DNA of 64,000 nucleotides from Thermoplasmatota archaeon (lineage in GTDB: Archaea > Thermoplasmatota > Poseidoniia > Poseidoniales > Thalassarchaeaceae). The notes beneath the pieces are model-generated. The model worked only from the letters and a program-made list of their open reading frames with translations. It had not been told where the DNA came from and did no database searches. This document shows positions 38,037-48,100 of the stretch, in pieces. How positions within the stretch are numbered: the first letter of the stretch is position 1; each line of letters begins with the position of its first letter. The DNA is taken from assembly GCA_036154155.1 (NCBI GenBank), contig JAYZLP010000023.1, positions 3,056-67,055 of the forward strand, read 5' to 3'. Made by a program: the position numbers and the translations under genes.

Positions 38037-39725
38037 TTAGTTAATCCTGATTAGCTGGAAATCGGTTAGCTCTCTGAGTATGCTCAATGCGGGACTATCT
38101 GAAACTGAGTCTAGGCACTCATGCGCAACAGCGTGGTGATGCATGGCTCTGTTCTTCGCGTATTCGATTGAGCCACTTTCGTGCAATTCGGCCACAGCTC
38201 TCGACAGCACATCTTCAGAACACTCTCCAGAACCATACGCCTCTGAAAATGCCGGCATTTCATGATCACAATTTAGAGCATGGATGGCAATCAATGTCTT
38301 CTTTCCTTGGACAATGTCTGATCCGGCTGGTTTTCCTAGGGTTTCCGTGTCTCCAGTGATATCAATCAAATCATCCATCAGCTGAAAACAAAGTCCCAAA
38401 TTTAGCCCCCATCTCTTCATATTGTCCACAGCTTCATCAGAAGCACCTGCAAGTATCGCCCCTGTTCCAGCGCATGTCTCGAACATCACGCTGGTCTTGC
38501 CTTTGATCATCTCGATGTATTCTTCCTCAGATACCGAGTCCCTAGACTCAAATGAGATGTCCTCCTGTTGACCACTCGCAACATTCCTTACCATTTCACC
38601 AATCGATCTTACTAGAAACCCGAGCTTGTCCTGTTCAATATGCGGCGACTCAGCCAGGATCTCAAAGGCAACTGCTAGCATCGCATCTCCAGCATTTATC
38701 GCCGTAGAATCATCATATGCTACATGCACTGCATCTAGACCTCTCCTGATGGGGTCCTGATCCATCAAATCATCATGTACGAGGGTGAAATTATGGATTA
38801 TCTCGATAGATGCACCGAGGGTATAGTGTCCTTCATGTGCCTCACCAACGGCCTCCCCTACTAATCTGGGCAGCGTAGCCCTCAGTCTCTTGCCACCCCC
38901 ACTGAATAGGTGACTCATGGCCCCATGCAACCTCTCCTGCTTCATTTTGCTGAGGCTGTGCATGATGACATCCTCAACATGCTCTCGGTGGTTGCCTATT
39001 GCAATCATTAGGTTCTGTCCAGGATTGACCGGCTCTCCATCCATCATGACCTCTCCGAAGTTGACAACCCCATCTATGGGTGGAATACTGCCCACATCTG
39101 GGTAATGATCGGCTAGGAATCTCCCCCATAGAAGTCTGAACCAAGGAGCAATAATCTCGCCCTCCCAAATTCCTGAGCCAGAAAACATCTCCTCAATTTC
39201 CTCTCCCTCTATCCATCTGTGGTTGGAGATTTCGTTTGGATTCGGGCTTACTTCAATTGAATCTGTGGTGGCCACCAATACATGATCTACTTCTCTCTCA
39301 ATCCATTCCTCATTCCATCTACATTCGTAAAGGAATGACCCTATGTGCCGAAAATCTATTCTGGCAATATCGTCCTCTGAAACCCCCAATTCCTGGGAAA
39401 GCTTCCTTTTCGCCGCATTAATGGCTCCTTCCGCTGGGTCCCCGTTCTCACCAGTAATGTCCAGGGGGTGGCTACAACACGAGTTCGCCCAAACGGATGG
39501 GAACGTGATTTTGTCATGTGACCTCTGCTGAACTAGCATTTTCCCCTCCCCATCAAACAATAACACACTGAATGCCCTGTGCAGAATCCCTTCCTCATAG
39601 TGGCAGTTAAATTTTGAATCGGAACCTGTCATTTTGTCCGCACTATCGACCAAGATACACATTTCGGACATCATTTCTGCCTGCGAGCTGTCCTGCCCAC
39701 TAAGTGCCCCATCTCGACTCGCCAT
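38037..39725 (-). CDS. bifunctional type-1 isopentenyl-diphosphate isomerase / geranylgeranyl-diphosphate synthase
   Basis: N-terminal IDI1 (LHRAFSV, QQRS..KITFP, NSCCSHP, EREVDH) in frame with a C-terminal trans-prenyltransferase (GGKRLR, LVHDDLMD...RRG, GQQED, KT, FQLMDDLID, GKP.GSD..GK). Confidence 0.92.
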   Translation of the reverse strand: MASRDGALSGQDSSQAEMMSEMCILVDSADKMTGSDSKFNCHYEEGILHRAFSVLLFDGEGKMLVQQRSHDKITFPSVWANSCCSHPLDITGENGDPAEGAINAAKRKLSQELGVSEDDIARIDFRHIGSFLYECRWNEEWIEREVDHVLVATTDSIEVSPNPNEISNHRWIEGEEIEEMFSGSGIWEGEIIAPWFRLLWGRFLADHYPDVGSIPPIDGVVNFGEVMMDGEPVNPGQNLMIAIGNHREHVEDVIMHSLSKMKQERLHGAMSHLFSGGGKRLRATLPRLVGEAVGEAHEGHYTLGASIEIIHNFTLVHDDLMDQDPIRRGLDAVHVAYDDSTAINAGDAMLAVAFEILAESPHIEQDKLGFLVRSIGEMVRNVASGQQEDISFESRDSVSEEEYIEMIKGKTSVMFETCAGTGAILAGASDEAVDNMKRWGLNLGLCFQLMDDLIDITGDTETLGKPAGSDIVQGKKTLIAIHALNCDHEMPAFSEAYGSGECSEDVLSRAVAELHESGSIEYAKNRAMHHHAVAHECLDSVSDSPALSILRELTDFQLIRIN

Positions 39726-39766
39726 AATTCCCGGAGGAATCGGCAACATATAATCGAAATCCAGTA

Positions 39767-40564
39767 TTATGGCAATATCTTCGTACCTATGGGCAATAAG
39801 CCGTCAACCACTAGGTCGACTACCCTGTCAGGTTCTCTACCGTCAATAAACCAAACATTAGGCACCTTCCGTGCGATTTCTGAAGCCCTGCGGGCCTTGA
39901 GCTCAATACCTCCAGTAACATCCTCTTCTGCGTTATGGAAAGTCTCCGCTTCTACCCCTGGCGACCAAACATCGAGTAGAGCCGCACCATGCCTCTCCGG
40001 GGGCCTATCCATCATTCCAGGTGAGTCACCGAGAAGGAAAATTGAGTATTCGACGCCAGGCACCTCAATTGATAATCTTACCATCAGATCATCACCAGAG
40101 AGTATCCCAAACTCGGAAGGCCCAACCTTCTCTACCACATCTCCAAATGTAACCATGACTTCGTTCTGCGGAGATTCAGAAAACTCCTCCAAACTACCTG
40201 AAAAATCAGAACCGGTTCCCATGGCCCAAACTGATGGAGGCCGTGATTTGCATTGTAGGCCTTTGCCTTCTAAGCTACTAATGACATGCCCACTCAACTC
40301 AATCATGTCCCCACGTACTTGAATGACTGCTTCCCTCTGCCTATCGGCAATTTCCTCCTTTACGCCACTGCTGAGACCCCACTCCTTAGCTGTGAGGTGT
40401 CCAAATGACCCAGCTCCATGAACTAAAATCACTGAATGACCCTTTTCCACCAGAACAGATACCATGGTTGTGAGAGAATCAATAACGTCCAGCTTAACCG
40501 TCTTGTGTTTGGATTTGTCAGTAATCAGGCCGCCACCCATCTTGATAACCACTGTACTGTGCAT
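39767..40564 (-). CDS. ipk: isopentenyl phosphate kinase
   Basis: IKMGGGLITDK, HGAGSFGH, GDVV, ILSGD and DVTGG motifs (amino-acid kinase fold, IPK-type His); upstream of IDI-GGPPS. Confidence 0.9.
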   Translation of the reverse strand: MHSTVVIKMGGGLITDKSKHKTVKLDVIDSLTTMVSVLVEKGHSVILVHGAGSFGHLTAKEWGLSSGVKEEIADRQREAVIQVRGDMIELSGHVISSLEGKGLQCKSRPPSVWAMGTGSDFSGSLEEFSESPQNEVMVTFGDVVEKVGPSEFGILSGDDLMVRLSIEVPGVEYSIFLLGDSPGMMDRPPERHGAALLDVWSPGVEAETFHNAEEDVTGGIELKARRASEIARKVPNVWFIDGREPDRVVDLVVDGLLPIGTKILP

Positions 40565-40656
40565 TTGCTCGCCCGTCCGAGACAGACAAATGATTTGGGT
40601 TCTCCTACTCCTAACATACACACAGGGTTCATTTCGGTATGTCCTCTCGCACCCAT

Positions 40657-40986
40657 ATGGCCGAACCGAGCGAGATGGACAATTTCCAGAGATGGCTTCA
40701 GACCCAGCTTTCTATGACCTCATCTATCGAGGATCCTGTAGACAGGGAGCGTAGACGATTACAGATAGAGTCAGCAATAAGAGAGGCTATTGCATTCAGA
40801 GAGTCGCTTAAAATTCTTGAAGAGCTAAAGGTCTCCCCTCCATTTGTGAATTCTGAGAAATCAGTTAGGAGTATCTCCGAGGCACCGTCAAACAACTCGA
40901 AGGCAGACAACACAATGTGCCCTATTTGTGACTCTGACATAGAACAGGATTTGGGTTTCTGCACTGTTTGCGGAGAGAGGAGCTAG
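40657..40986 (+). CDS. hypothetical protein with C-terminal zinc ribbon
   Basis: Helical N-terminus plus CPICD..x..FCTVCG. Confidence 0.7.
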   Translation: MAEPSEMDNFQRWLQTQLSMTSSIEDPVDRERRRLQIESAIREAIAFRESLKILEELKVSPPFVNSEKSVRSISEAPSNNSKADNTMCPICDSDIEQDLGFCTVCGERS

Positions 40987-41685
40987 TTACTCTTCTTCCC
41001 ACCTGGCTCTTGCTGCTTCAAATTCAGGGTCATCATCAGCCAAGACGCTCAGATATTCACCCGATACGGAGTCCGCGAGATAAACAGTTACTCCGGCGTG
41101 CCATATCGTGTCTCCCGAAGCTACCATCCTTGCAGTATCAACCTCCAATAGGGTGGGGCTTGCGTGATGCACGTGACCCGCCTCAGCTGCCGCCCTTATG
41201 GTAGCAGATAGGTGAACGTGAGAACGGCCACTGGGTGATATCCCGACCTCAATCAAATTCCCCGCCTCGTCGGGGGAACACGGGTAGTATAGTAGAGGTG
41301 GAATATTCTCAGTAGGCAGATCCAACTCAATCTCTAGGCTGTGCCCATATGTTGCCCTCATCATATTCCCTCTGACTTCGTAGCGGCCCTTTGGATCCGT
41401 TTCCGAGATGGCTCTGAAGTGATGCGGCCTTAGCCAATGAAATCTCCTCTCATTGGACTTTTTGAATTGGTATATGATGTCCTTAACATCGATCCAGCCA
41501 TTGATGTCCATTTCTAAATCGAACTTCTCAGGTGCGTGCCTTAGGACTAATGCCAGCCTTCTCGCTATCGTGTCTCTTTCATTCCCCCTCATGATGAATT
41601 TACCTTCCGAGTTGCATGCCGGACAGAGATCGTCATCGGAGAAATATCCATGTGTGTTGCACTCCCTAATCATTGTATCAGACAT
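40987..41685 (-). CDS. kptA: RNA 2'-phosphotransferase KptA/Tpt1 with N-terminal Zn ribbon
   Basis: LRHAP, D.NGW, D.KGRYE, RATYGHS and RSHVHLS motifs; N-terminal CNTHG..CPAC. Confidence 0.9.
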   Translation of the reverse strand: MSDTMIRECNTHGYFSDDDLCPACNSEGKFIMRGNERDTIARRLALVLRHAPEKFDLEMDINGWIDVKDIIYQFKKSNERRFHWLRPHHFRAISETDPKGRYEVRGNMMRATYGHSLEIELDLPTENIPPLLYYPCSPDEAGNLIEVGISPSGRSHVHLSATIRAAAEAGHVHHASPTLLEVDTARMVASGDTIWHAGVTVYLADSVSGEYLSVLADDDPEFEAARARWEEE

Positions 41686-41776
41686 TCGAGATGCAATTAT
41701 TTCAAGAACCCCTCGGTCTAGATTCTCATTTTCCTCCCTACTCAACGGTTATGTCCCTGATATTATCCGCAACACC

Positions 41777-42907
41777 GTGAGAGCTGTAATTGTCGACTGG
41801 GCGAGGACCCCATTCCATCGTGCTCACAAAGGAAGCTTATCTGATATAAGGCCAGATGAGATGCTTGGGCAGGTAACTAAGTTCTTGTTGAATCGTAACA
41901 ATATAGACCCAGCCACAATCGATGACATACTCGTGGGATGTGCTTATCCCGAAGGTGAGCAGGGATACAACATTGGGCGCCTTTCAGTATTTCTAGGCGG
42001 ACTTCCAAATAGTGTGCCGGGTGCTACGTTCAATAGGCTGTGTGGATCATCGATGCAAGCAATACTTACTGCAGCAGCGCATATCGAAGTTGGTTGGGGG
42101 GACTGTTTCCTCTGCTCTGGAGTGGAATCAATGAGTAGGATTCAGAGAAGAGGGTTCAATTGGAGCCCACATCCGGAATTGGAGCAGAATTACCCAGATG
42201 CATATGTGAATATGGGCATAACTGCTGAGAACGTCGCCGAGAAGTGGAATATTTCGAGAGAAGAGCAGGAAAATTTTGCCCTTAATTCGCACATCAAGGC
42301 AAGCACTGCACACCAATCCGGATTTTTCGATGATGAATTATGCGCGGTTGAGTCACATGATGTTGTGAGTACTGATGGATGCATCAGGCCCAATACGAGT
42401 TCAGAATCGATGTCCAAACTAAAGCCCGCATTCAGGGAAGGGGGAACTGTGACCGCCGCCACATCATCGCCCCTCACAGACGGCGCGGTTTCATTATTGG
42501 TATGTAGTGAGGAATTTGCATCGGCAAACGACCTTATTCCGCTTGCTAGGATTGTCTCAGGTGCGGTGGTAGGATGCCCTCCTGAGTTGATGGGAATAGG
42601 TCCGATAGAGGCCACGAGAAAGGCTCTTTCCAGAGCTAAATGGGATGTTGAATCAGTGGATATTTTTGAGATCAATGAGGCTTTCTCTTCTCAAAGCATC
42701 GCTGTAATCAAGGAATTGGGTTTGGATGAATCTAAGGTGAATATTGACGGTGGGGCAATAGCAATTGGGCACCCTCTTGGTGCATCGGGCGCTCGTATTA
42801 CCGGTAAGGCTGCCTCCCTCATTCAGAGAACCAACTCTCAACGTGCAGTTGCCACCATGTGCATTGGTGGTGGCATGGGTATCGCTATTGCGCTAGAGTC
42901 TCCTTGA
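41777..42907 (+). CDS. acetyl-CoA C-acyltransferase (bacterial-type thiolase)
   Basis: RTPF, NRLCGSS, GVESMS, MGITAENVA, EINEAF, GGAIAIGHPLGASG and MCIGGGMG motifs; GTG start at 41777. Confidence 0.95.
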   Translation: MRAVIVDWARTPFHRAHKGSLSDIRPDEMLGQVTKFLLNRNNIDPATIDDILVGCAYPEGEQGYNIGRLSVFLGGLPNSVPGATFNRLCGSSMQAILTAAAHIEVGWGDCFLCSGVESMSRIQRRGFNWSPHPELEQNYPDAYVNMGITAENVAEKWNISREEQENFALNSHIKASTAHQSGFFDDELCAVESHDVVSTDGCIRPNTSSESMSKLKPAFREGGTVTAATSSPLTDGAVSLLVCSEEFASANDLIPLARIVSGAVVGCPPELMGIGPIEATRKALSRAKWDVESVDIFEINEAFSSQSIAVIKELGLDESKVNIDGGAIAIGHPLGASGARITGKAASLIQRTNSQRAVATMCIGGGMGIAIALESP

Positions 42908-43415
42908 CTAGAAAACCATTGCAACTCGGGCACCTATCCCCCACCTTCAACTCAACAGGTATGACTGCCAGGATGCTGTGGCAGTTAGGACACGCTGCTA
43001 GAACCTCTCCTTCATTCAGCATTCCACCTGCAATTGAGTTACTACCCGAACCAGAATACCATTGCATGAATGCCTCGCTTCTGAGGGTGCCAATTCTACG
43101 CAATGAACTCACGCCAAGAAGGATGTATAAGGCGCCTTGGAATAATTGCCCCAACGAGAACATCACCATTCCAGAAACGATTAGAGCAAATCCACACATC
43201 AACAGGAATGACGAACCCAACCATGGACCAGGAGAGCCCTTTGATCTTAGAGACAATGCCGCCGCAACTCCGACGGGTATGGTCAATAGGCAAATAACGA
43301 TAGAACCGATTACTGGGAACGTTACCCCGTACTGGAGAAATGATATTGTCAGCAATAGTATTAGCATCGTCATAACGGAGATGAAAACCACCATATTTCT
43401 CAGCAGTCTTTCCAT
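42885..43415 (-). CDS. membrane protein with C-terminal Zn ribbon (CPNC...CPSC), hypothetical
   Basis: Four TM helices followed by a zinc ribbon; start uncertain. Confidence 0.7.
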   Translation of the reverse strand: MERLLRNMVVFISVMTMLILLLTISFLQYGVTFPVIGSIVICLLTIPVGVAAALSLRSKGSPGPWLGSSFLLMCGFALIVSGMVMFSLGQLFQGALYILLGVSSLRRIGTLRSEAFMQWYSGSGSNSIAGGMLNEGEVLAACPNCHSILAVIPVELKVGDRCPSCNGFLVKETLAQ

Positions 43416-43482
43416 ACTCAACGCCCTCTCCGTTCCTCCATGCATGCGACGCACTCATGAATCACACGGCCTTGCGGTGCAT

Positions 43483-44685
43483 GTGAGCAGAGACACGGGG
43501 GTTACAATCGCAAGTCGATGCCTCGAGGGGAGAAGAATCCTTCTGGCGGTTACTGGGGGCATTGCAGCTGTGGAGTCAGTGAAATTGGCGAGGGAGATAA
43601 GGAGGCATGGCGCCGATGTTTCGCCCATGATGTCTACAGACGCAACTAGGGTGATTTCACCATTGGCCCTGTCATGGGGTTCTGGTGTTGACGTGATTAC
43701 AAAATGGGAGCCATCGATGTCTCAGTTGGGAAGCTTTGACGCCATATTAGTGGCGCCCGCTACAAGGAACACCATAGCCAAGCATATTCACGGAATTATG
43801 GACTCACCAATAATGATGGCGCTGGCTGCATCACGCGGCAATAATACCCCGATACTGTTCGTACCGTCCATGCACAAAGATCTGTTCGATGACCCAGTGA
43901 CAGAGGAGCTTCTTTCGGCAGTTGCAGACTCAGGAGCTAGTGTCATTGTCGATGAACAATCGGAGGGAAGGAGGAAACAACCAGACCCAGTCTCGATTGT
44001 GGCCGAATTGTGCCACATGTGTAATTCATCTCTTCCCGCAAGACGAAAAGTTGCAATCACATTGGGTGCAAATAGGGCCCCGATTGACTCAGTCAGGGCA
44101 ATTCAAAACGCCTCTTCTGGTAGAACTGGTTGGGCCATTGCTGAACATCTTCATAGGATGGGCCATAGTGTAGTCTGTATCGCAGGAAAAACTTCCGTCC
44201 GTCCAACCTTCAAGATGCCAGATGTCCGTGTCGACGGAACTCCTCAGGGGATGCTCACAATAGCCAGAGATGTTGCTTCGGGCGACCCTAAGCCTGATGT
44301 CTGGATTCATGCCGCCGCCGTCCTTGACTATTTTCAGGAGCCAATCAAAGGTAAGAGGCCCAGTGGAAGCGGCAATTGGACTCTCGAACTAATTGAGGGT
44401 CCGAAACACATTTCAGAACTTTCAGAATTGACTACAGGCTCCTTTAGGATAGGATTCAAACTAGAGGTCAACTCTTCTGAAGAAGATTTAGTTAACAGGT
44501 CTCTGGAGCAGATATCCAGATACGGTATCGATGCTGTCGTGGCAAATAACTTGGATGATCTGAGCAGTGATAAGAAACCTAGGTGCCGCATTGTCATGCC
44601 TGATGGCAATTTCATTGTAATAGAAGATGAGATGTCTATGTGCGATTCTATTGAGTCCCTAGTTTCGCAACATAAGCTAGAATAG
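43483..44685 (+). CDS. coaBC: bifunctional phosphopantothenoylcysteine decarboxylase / phosphopantothenate--cysteine ligase
   Basis: VTGGIAA, APAT.NTIAK, PSMH, IDSVR.I.N.SSG, AAVLDY, IGFKLE and VAN motifs; true start near GTG 43483. Confidence 0.94.
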   Translation: MSRDTGVTIASRCLEGRRILLAVTGGIAAVESVKLAREIRRHGADVSPMMSTDATRVISPLALSWGSGVDVITKWEPSMSQLGSFDAILVAPATRNTIAKHIHGIMDSPIMMALAASRGNNTPILFVPSMHKDLFDDPVTEELLSAVADSGASVIVDEQSEGRRKQPDPVSIVAELCHMCNSSLPARRKVAITLGANRAPIDSVRAIQNASSGRTGWAIAEHLHRMGHSVVCIAGKTSVRPTFKMPDVRVDGTPQGMLTIARDVASGDPKPDVWIHAAAVLDYFQEPIKGKRPSGSGNWTLELIEGPKHISELSELTTGSFRIGFKLEVNSSEEDLVNRSLEQISRYGIDAVVANNLDDLSSDKKPRCRIVMPDGNFIVIEDEMSMCDSIESLVSQHKLE

Positions 44686-44725
44686 TTGCGAATAATTCAA
44701 GCCACGGTCATTCCGGGTTCGTACC

Positions 44726-46246
44726 ATGACAGGGCATGGCAAGGCCAAGAGGGGCATCCCCTCCAAGTCTGACTTCAATTCCTGGTATCCCTCAATTGTC
44801 GAGATTGCCGACCTAGTCGACAAGAGATATCCAATCAAGGGAATGGATGTATGGAAGCCATACGGTCTATCGGCAATGACGTTGATTGACGGCCTTGCTA
44901 GGCAGCAGATGTCCAAGACAGGCCACTCTGAGTATAGGTTCCCCCTACTAGTTCCCGAGGATTTACTGGAGAGGGAAAATAAACTCGTTTCCCGCCTGAA
45001 GGCTGCCAGGGCTGCTGGGGTGGACCCCTCGGAACTAAGGATCGAGGAGGAGGACTCGGGGTTCAAGAAAGAGGTCTATTGGGTAACGCATGGCGGTGAA
45101 AACGAACTCGATATCCCCATGTTCCTCAGGCCAACGTCAGAGACACCAATGTATACCATGTTCTCCTTATGGGTCAGGAGTCATGCTGACCTACCTCTGA
45201 AAACATTCCAGATTGTTAACACATTCAGATATGAGACAAAGCAGACCCGATCGTTCATCAGGGTCAGGGAGATACATTTCTTCGAAGCTCATACGGTTCA
45301 TGCAACCGAGGATGATGCCACTGAACAAATCAATGAGGATGCAGAGATGGTTCAGAGCATACTGCATGACCTCTGCCTTCCAAGCATAGTGTCAAAGAGG
45401 CCTGTCTGGGACACATTCCCAGGGGCCTGGTACACTATGGCGGCAGATGTTGTAATGCCTAACGGCAGGACACTGCAAGTAGCAACATATCACCACTATA
45501 GGGACCAATGGGCAGGAGCGTTCGACCTCTCGTACGAGGATTCGGATGGAAACACCCAACTCTGCCATCAGACAACATTTGGAATGTCAGAGAGGTTGCT
45601 TGGCTCGGTCGTTGGGATGCATGGGGACGATCAGGGACTAATCATGCCCCCTGCGATTGCCCCCTTCCAGGTTGTTTTGTTTCCAGTAGCAGCTCATGTA
45701 AATGAGAATGTTATGCCTGCAATAAAGGACCTGGCAGAATCACTTAGGTCATCAGGATATAGGGTAAAATTGGATGATCGTGATGTCAGACCAGGAGTTA
45801 AGCACTACGACTGGGAAATCAAGGGAGCCCCTATACGACTAGAGCTAGGCCCTAGGGACCTAGAGTCCGGTAATTGCGTACTCTCATTACGCACCGGGGG
45901 AAAGGAGGAGGTCTCGATCGAAGGCATTTCTGAAACGATTAGAAACAGACTCGACACAATTTCCGATGAACTCAGGAGCAGGTCCTCTGTACATATTGAA
46001 TCCTTAATTCGTCCGTTTCCCGGTGTAGTTCCTACTGGCGACAAGTGGGAGCTCGCGGGGGAAATCGAAGATGGTGTAATCTACGAAATCGCCTTTGACG
46101 GAAACGACTCTGACGCCGAGGTTCTCGAGAAACTCACAGGTCTGGCAATATTGGGCGATTGTGACGAGCCTTACTCCGAACCCAAGCCATGCGTTGTAAC
46201 TGGTAGGATGACTACTAGGAAGCAGCACCTTGCTAGGATGTACTGA
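44726..46246 (+). CDS. proS: proline--tRNA ligase (archaeal/eukaryotic type)
   Basis: YPIKG, EVYWVTHGG, LRPTSET, FRYETK.TR..IRVRE and HGDD.GL motifs; C-terminal ARMY. Confidence 0.97.
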   Translation: MTGHGKAKRGIPSKSDFNSWYPSIVEIADLVDKRYPIKGMDVWKPYGLSAMTLIDGLARQQMSKTGHSEYRFPLLVPEDLLERENKLVSRLKAARAAGVDPSELRIEEEDSGFKKEVYWVTHGGENELDIPMFLRPTSETPMYTMFSLWVRSHADLPLKTFQIVNTFRYETKQTRSFIRVREIHFFEAHTVHATEDDATEQINEDAEMVQSILHDLCLPSIVSKRPVWDTFPGAWYTMAADVVMPNGRTLQVATYHHYRDQWAGAFDLSYEDSDGNTQLCHQTTFGMSERLLGSVVGMHGDDQGLIMPPAIAPFQVVLFPVAAHVNENVMPAIKDLAESLRSSGYRVKLDDRDVRPGVKHYDWEIKGAPIRLELGPRDLESGNCVLSLRTGGKEEVSIEGISETIRNRLDTISDELRSRSSVHIESLIRPFPGVVPTGDKWELAGEIEDGVIYEIAFDGNDSDAEVLEKLTGLAILGDCDEPYSEPKPCVVTGRMTTRKQHLARMY

Positions 46247-47089
46247 TCATCTCTTCCTTAGCATCAGGCGCATTGTTACCAAGCTGAATAGCATCATTAG
46301 AGCACCATCGATAACACCGCCAGTTCCCGCTTGACCCCATGAATCAAGATTGTTATACTCAGGCAATTCGGACCATAGCAATCTAGTGTTTTCATCACAA
46401 TTGGGAGTCGAATCCGACATCTTAGCCAATACGCTCAAGCCTCCCACAGTGCCATTGCTGTATGCGACAGGCTCCCCTTCCAGACTCAGTATTGAGAGGT
46501 ATGTGTAAGGGGGCGTTGTAACCATCCAGTTTTCAGTCTGGATCCTCACTGTCTCACCTGCGGTCCAGGCGGATCCACCTTCGTCAACAACTTCATTTGA
46601 GCCATTTTCTGATATGACCCATGAAATGCTGTAGTTTGATGAAATGTTCATCCCCGTAACGGTCCATGAGATCAATAGATTTCCGTCATTAACCGTGGCC
46701 GAAGATGAGTAAGCCAGTTCCTTCGGACCTACTTCGTCCTCACATAGTGGGACATAGCTACCAATGCCTATCGCTACATTTGATGCCACTATGGAGAGGC
46801 AGAGCAGACTAACCACGATTGAGAAAACTGGCCTTCTAGGCGTCATCACTCCACCCGAATCTCCCTCATCGTCCGACTCTTCGCTTTCGGGTATCTCCAC
46901 TCCGCCATTGCCGTTTGATACAGAAATCCCATGCGCCTTTGGTTTGACCGGCTTATTGACGCCCATCTCTTCTAGAGCATCCCTCCCGTATATCCTCTCA
47001 GCCATAGAATAGAGCCCTGGGTCGCCCTCAATCTCGGAAGGATCGATAGATCCGTCAAGAAGGCCTTTGAGCCTCTCCGAGTCACTCAT
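46247..47089 (-). CDS. hypothetical membrane protein with extracellular beta-rich domain
   Basis: Acidic cytoplasmic N-terminus, TM helix, Ser/Thr/Asn-rich domain bracketed by two Cys, C-terminal TM plus RKR. Confidence 0.7.
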   Translation of the reverse strand: MSDSERLKGLLDGSIDPSEIEGDPGLYSMAERIYGRDALEEMGVNKPVKPKAHGISVSNGNGGVEIPESEESDDEGDSGGVMTPRRPVFSIVVSLLCLSIVASNVAIGIGSYVPLCEDEVGPKELAYSSSATVNDGNLLISWTVTGMNISSNYSISWVISENGSNEVVDEGGSAWTAGETVRIQTENWMVTTPPYTYLSILSLEGEPVAYSNGTVGGLSVLAKMSDSTPNCDENTRLLWSELPEYNNLDSWGQAGTGGVIDGALMMLFSLVTMRLMLRKR

Positions 47090-47152
47090 ATTGTGCGCCC
47101 CACTATGCATACTTCATCAATCAAACGCTAGCATGACCGAAATCGAGTCATT

Positions 47153-48100
47153 TCAGACACTGTTGATGATGTCGCGAGCTTGTGCGGCAATCTCGTTCCT
47201 AGTTAGGCCCATGTGGTGCATTAGTTCGGAGCTCCCCCCACTCTCCCCAAATCTGTCATCTACTCCAACCATTCGAAGTGGGAAGCCTCCCTTGGTTGAA
47301 AGGTACTCAGCAACAGCACCGCCGAGACCGCCGATAACTGAATGGTCCTCTGCAGTGACAATACCGAGACAATTTTCCCTGACATCATCCAGTAATCCCG
47401 TATCCAGTGGCTTAATCGTGTGCATATCAATTACACGAGCACTGATCCCCTCTCCCTCAAGTAATTCCGCTGCCTCCATTGCCTCTGAAACCATAACCCC
47501 GCAAGCTACTATGGCAATATCCCCACCTTCTCTTAGTAGCGACCCCTTGCCAATCTCTAGTGTTTTGACCGTTTCAGAGTCATACATTCTCGGGGTCTTA
47601 TTTCTAGCGGTTCTAGTGTATGAAGCATTACTATGCTCTAGAAGTTGTACGGTGAGCTCCTCTGCTGATAGGTCATCACAGGGAGTGATGACGGTCAGTC
47701 CGGGGATCGTCCTGTAAATTGCTAGGTCCTCTATGGATTGAGCACTACTCCCGTCGGTTCCGGTATGTATCCCACCATGGCTTCCGCATATGTGTACGGC
47801 TAGCCCCGGTCTGGATATGCCGTTCCTGACTTGTTCAAATGCGCGCTCAGTGAAAATGGCAAAGGTGCTAGCAAATGGAACCTTGCCAGATGATGCCATG
47901 CCTGCTGCAACCAGCATCATGTTTTGTTCCGCGATTCCGAGGGAGACAGTTCTTTCAGGATGTTCGGCTCTGAATAGGCAGGATTTGGTAGATTTACCAA
48001 GATCAGCCTCAAGGACGACTACTCTGGGGTCAGCGGACAGCCTCAGGAGTGCGGAGCCGTACCCGTCCCTGGATGCACCTCCCGTGGACGGAGCACTCAT
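47153..48100 (-). CDS. transketolase, C-terminal subunit
   Basis: ADL..ST, GIAEQNM, RAFEQVR, DG.S.Q.IED, TIKPLD and EDH..IGGLG motifs. Confidence 0.93.
   Translation of the reverse strand: MSAPSTGGASRDGYGSALLRLSADPRVVVLEADLGKSTKSCLFRAEHPERTVSLGIAEQNMMLVAAGMASSGKVPFASTFAIFTERAFEQVRNGISRPGLAVHICGSHGGIHTGTDGSSAQSIEDLAIYRTIPGLTVITPCDDLSAEELTVQLLEHSNASYTRTARNKTPRMYDSETVKTLEIGKGSLLREGGDIAIVACGVMVSEAMEAAELLEGEGISARVIDMHTIKPLDTGLLDDVRENCLGIVTAEDHSVIGGLGGAVAEYLSTKGGFPLRMVGVDDRFGESGGSSELMHHMGLTRNEIAAQARDIINSV

Noticed and set aside
41453..41776. N-terminal extension on the thiolase
   Set aside because: It is the antisense of kptA; thiolase homology begins at GTG 41777.
42859..43482. Apparent 208-aa extension or fusion on CoaBC
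   Set aside because: It is the antisense of the membrane Zn-ribbon gene; CoaBC homology begins near 43483.
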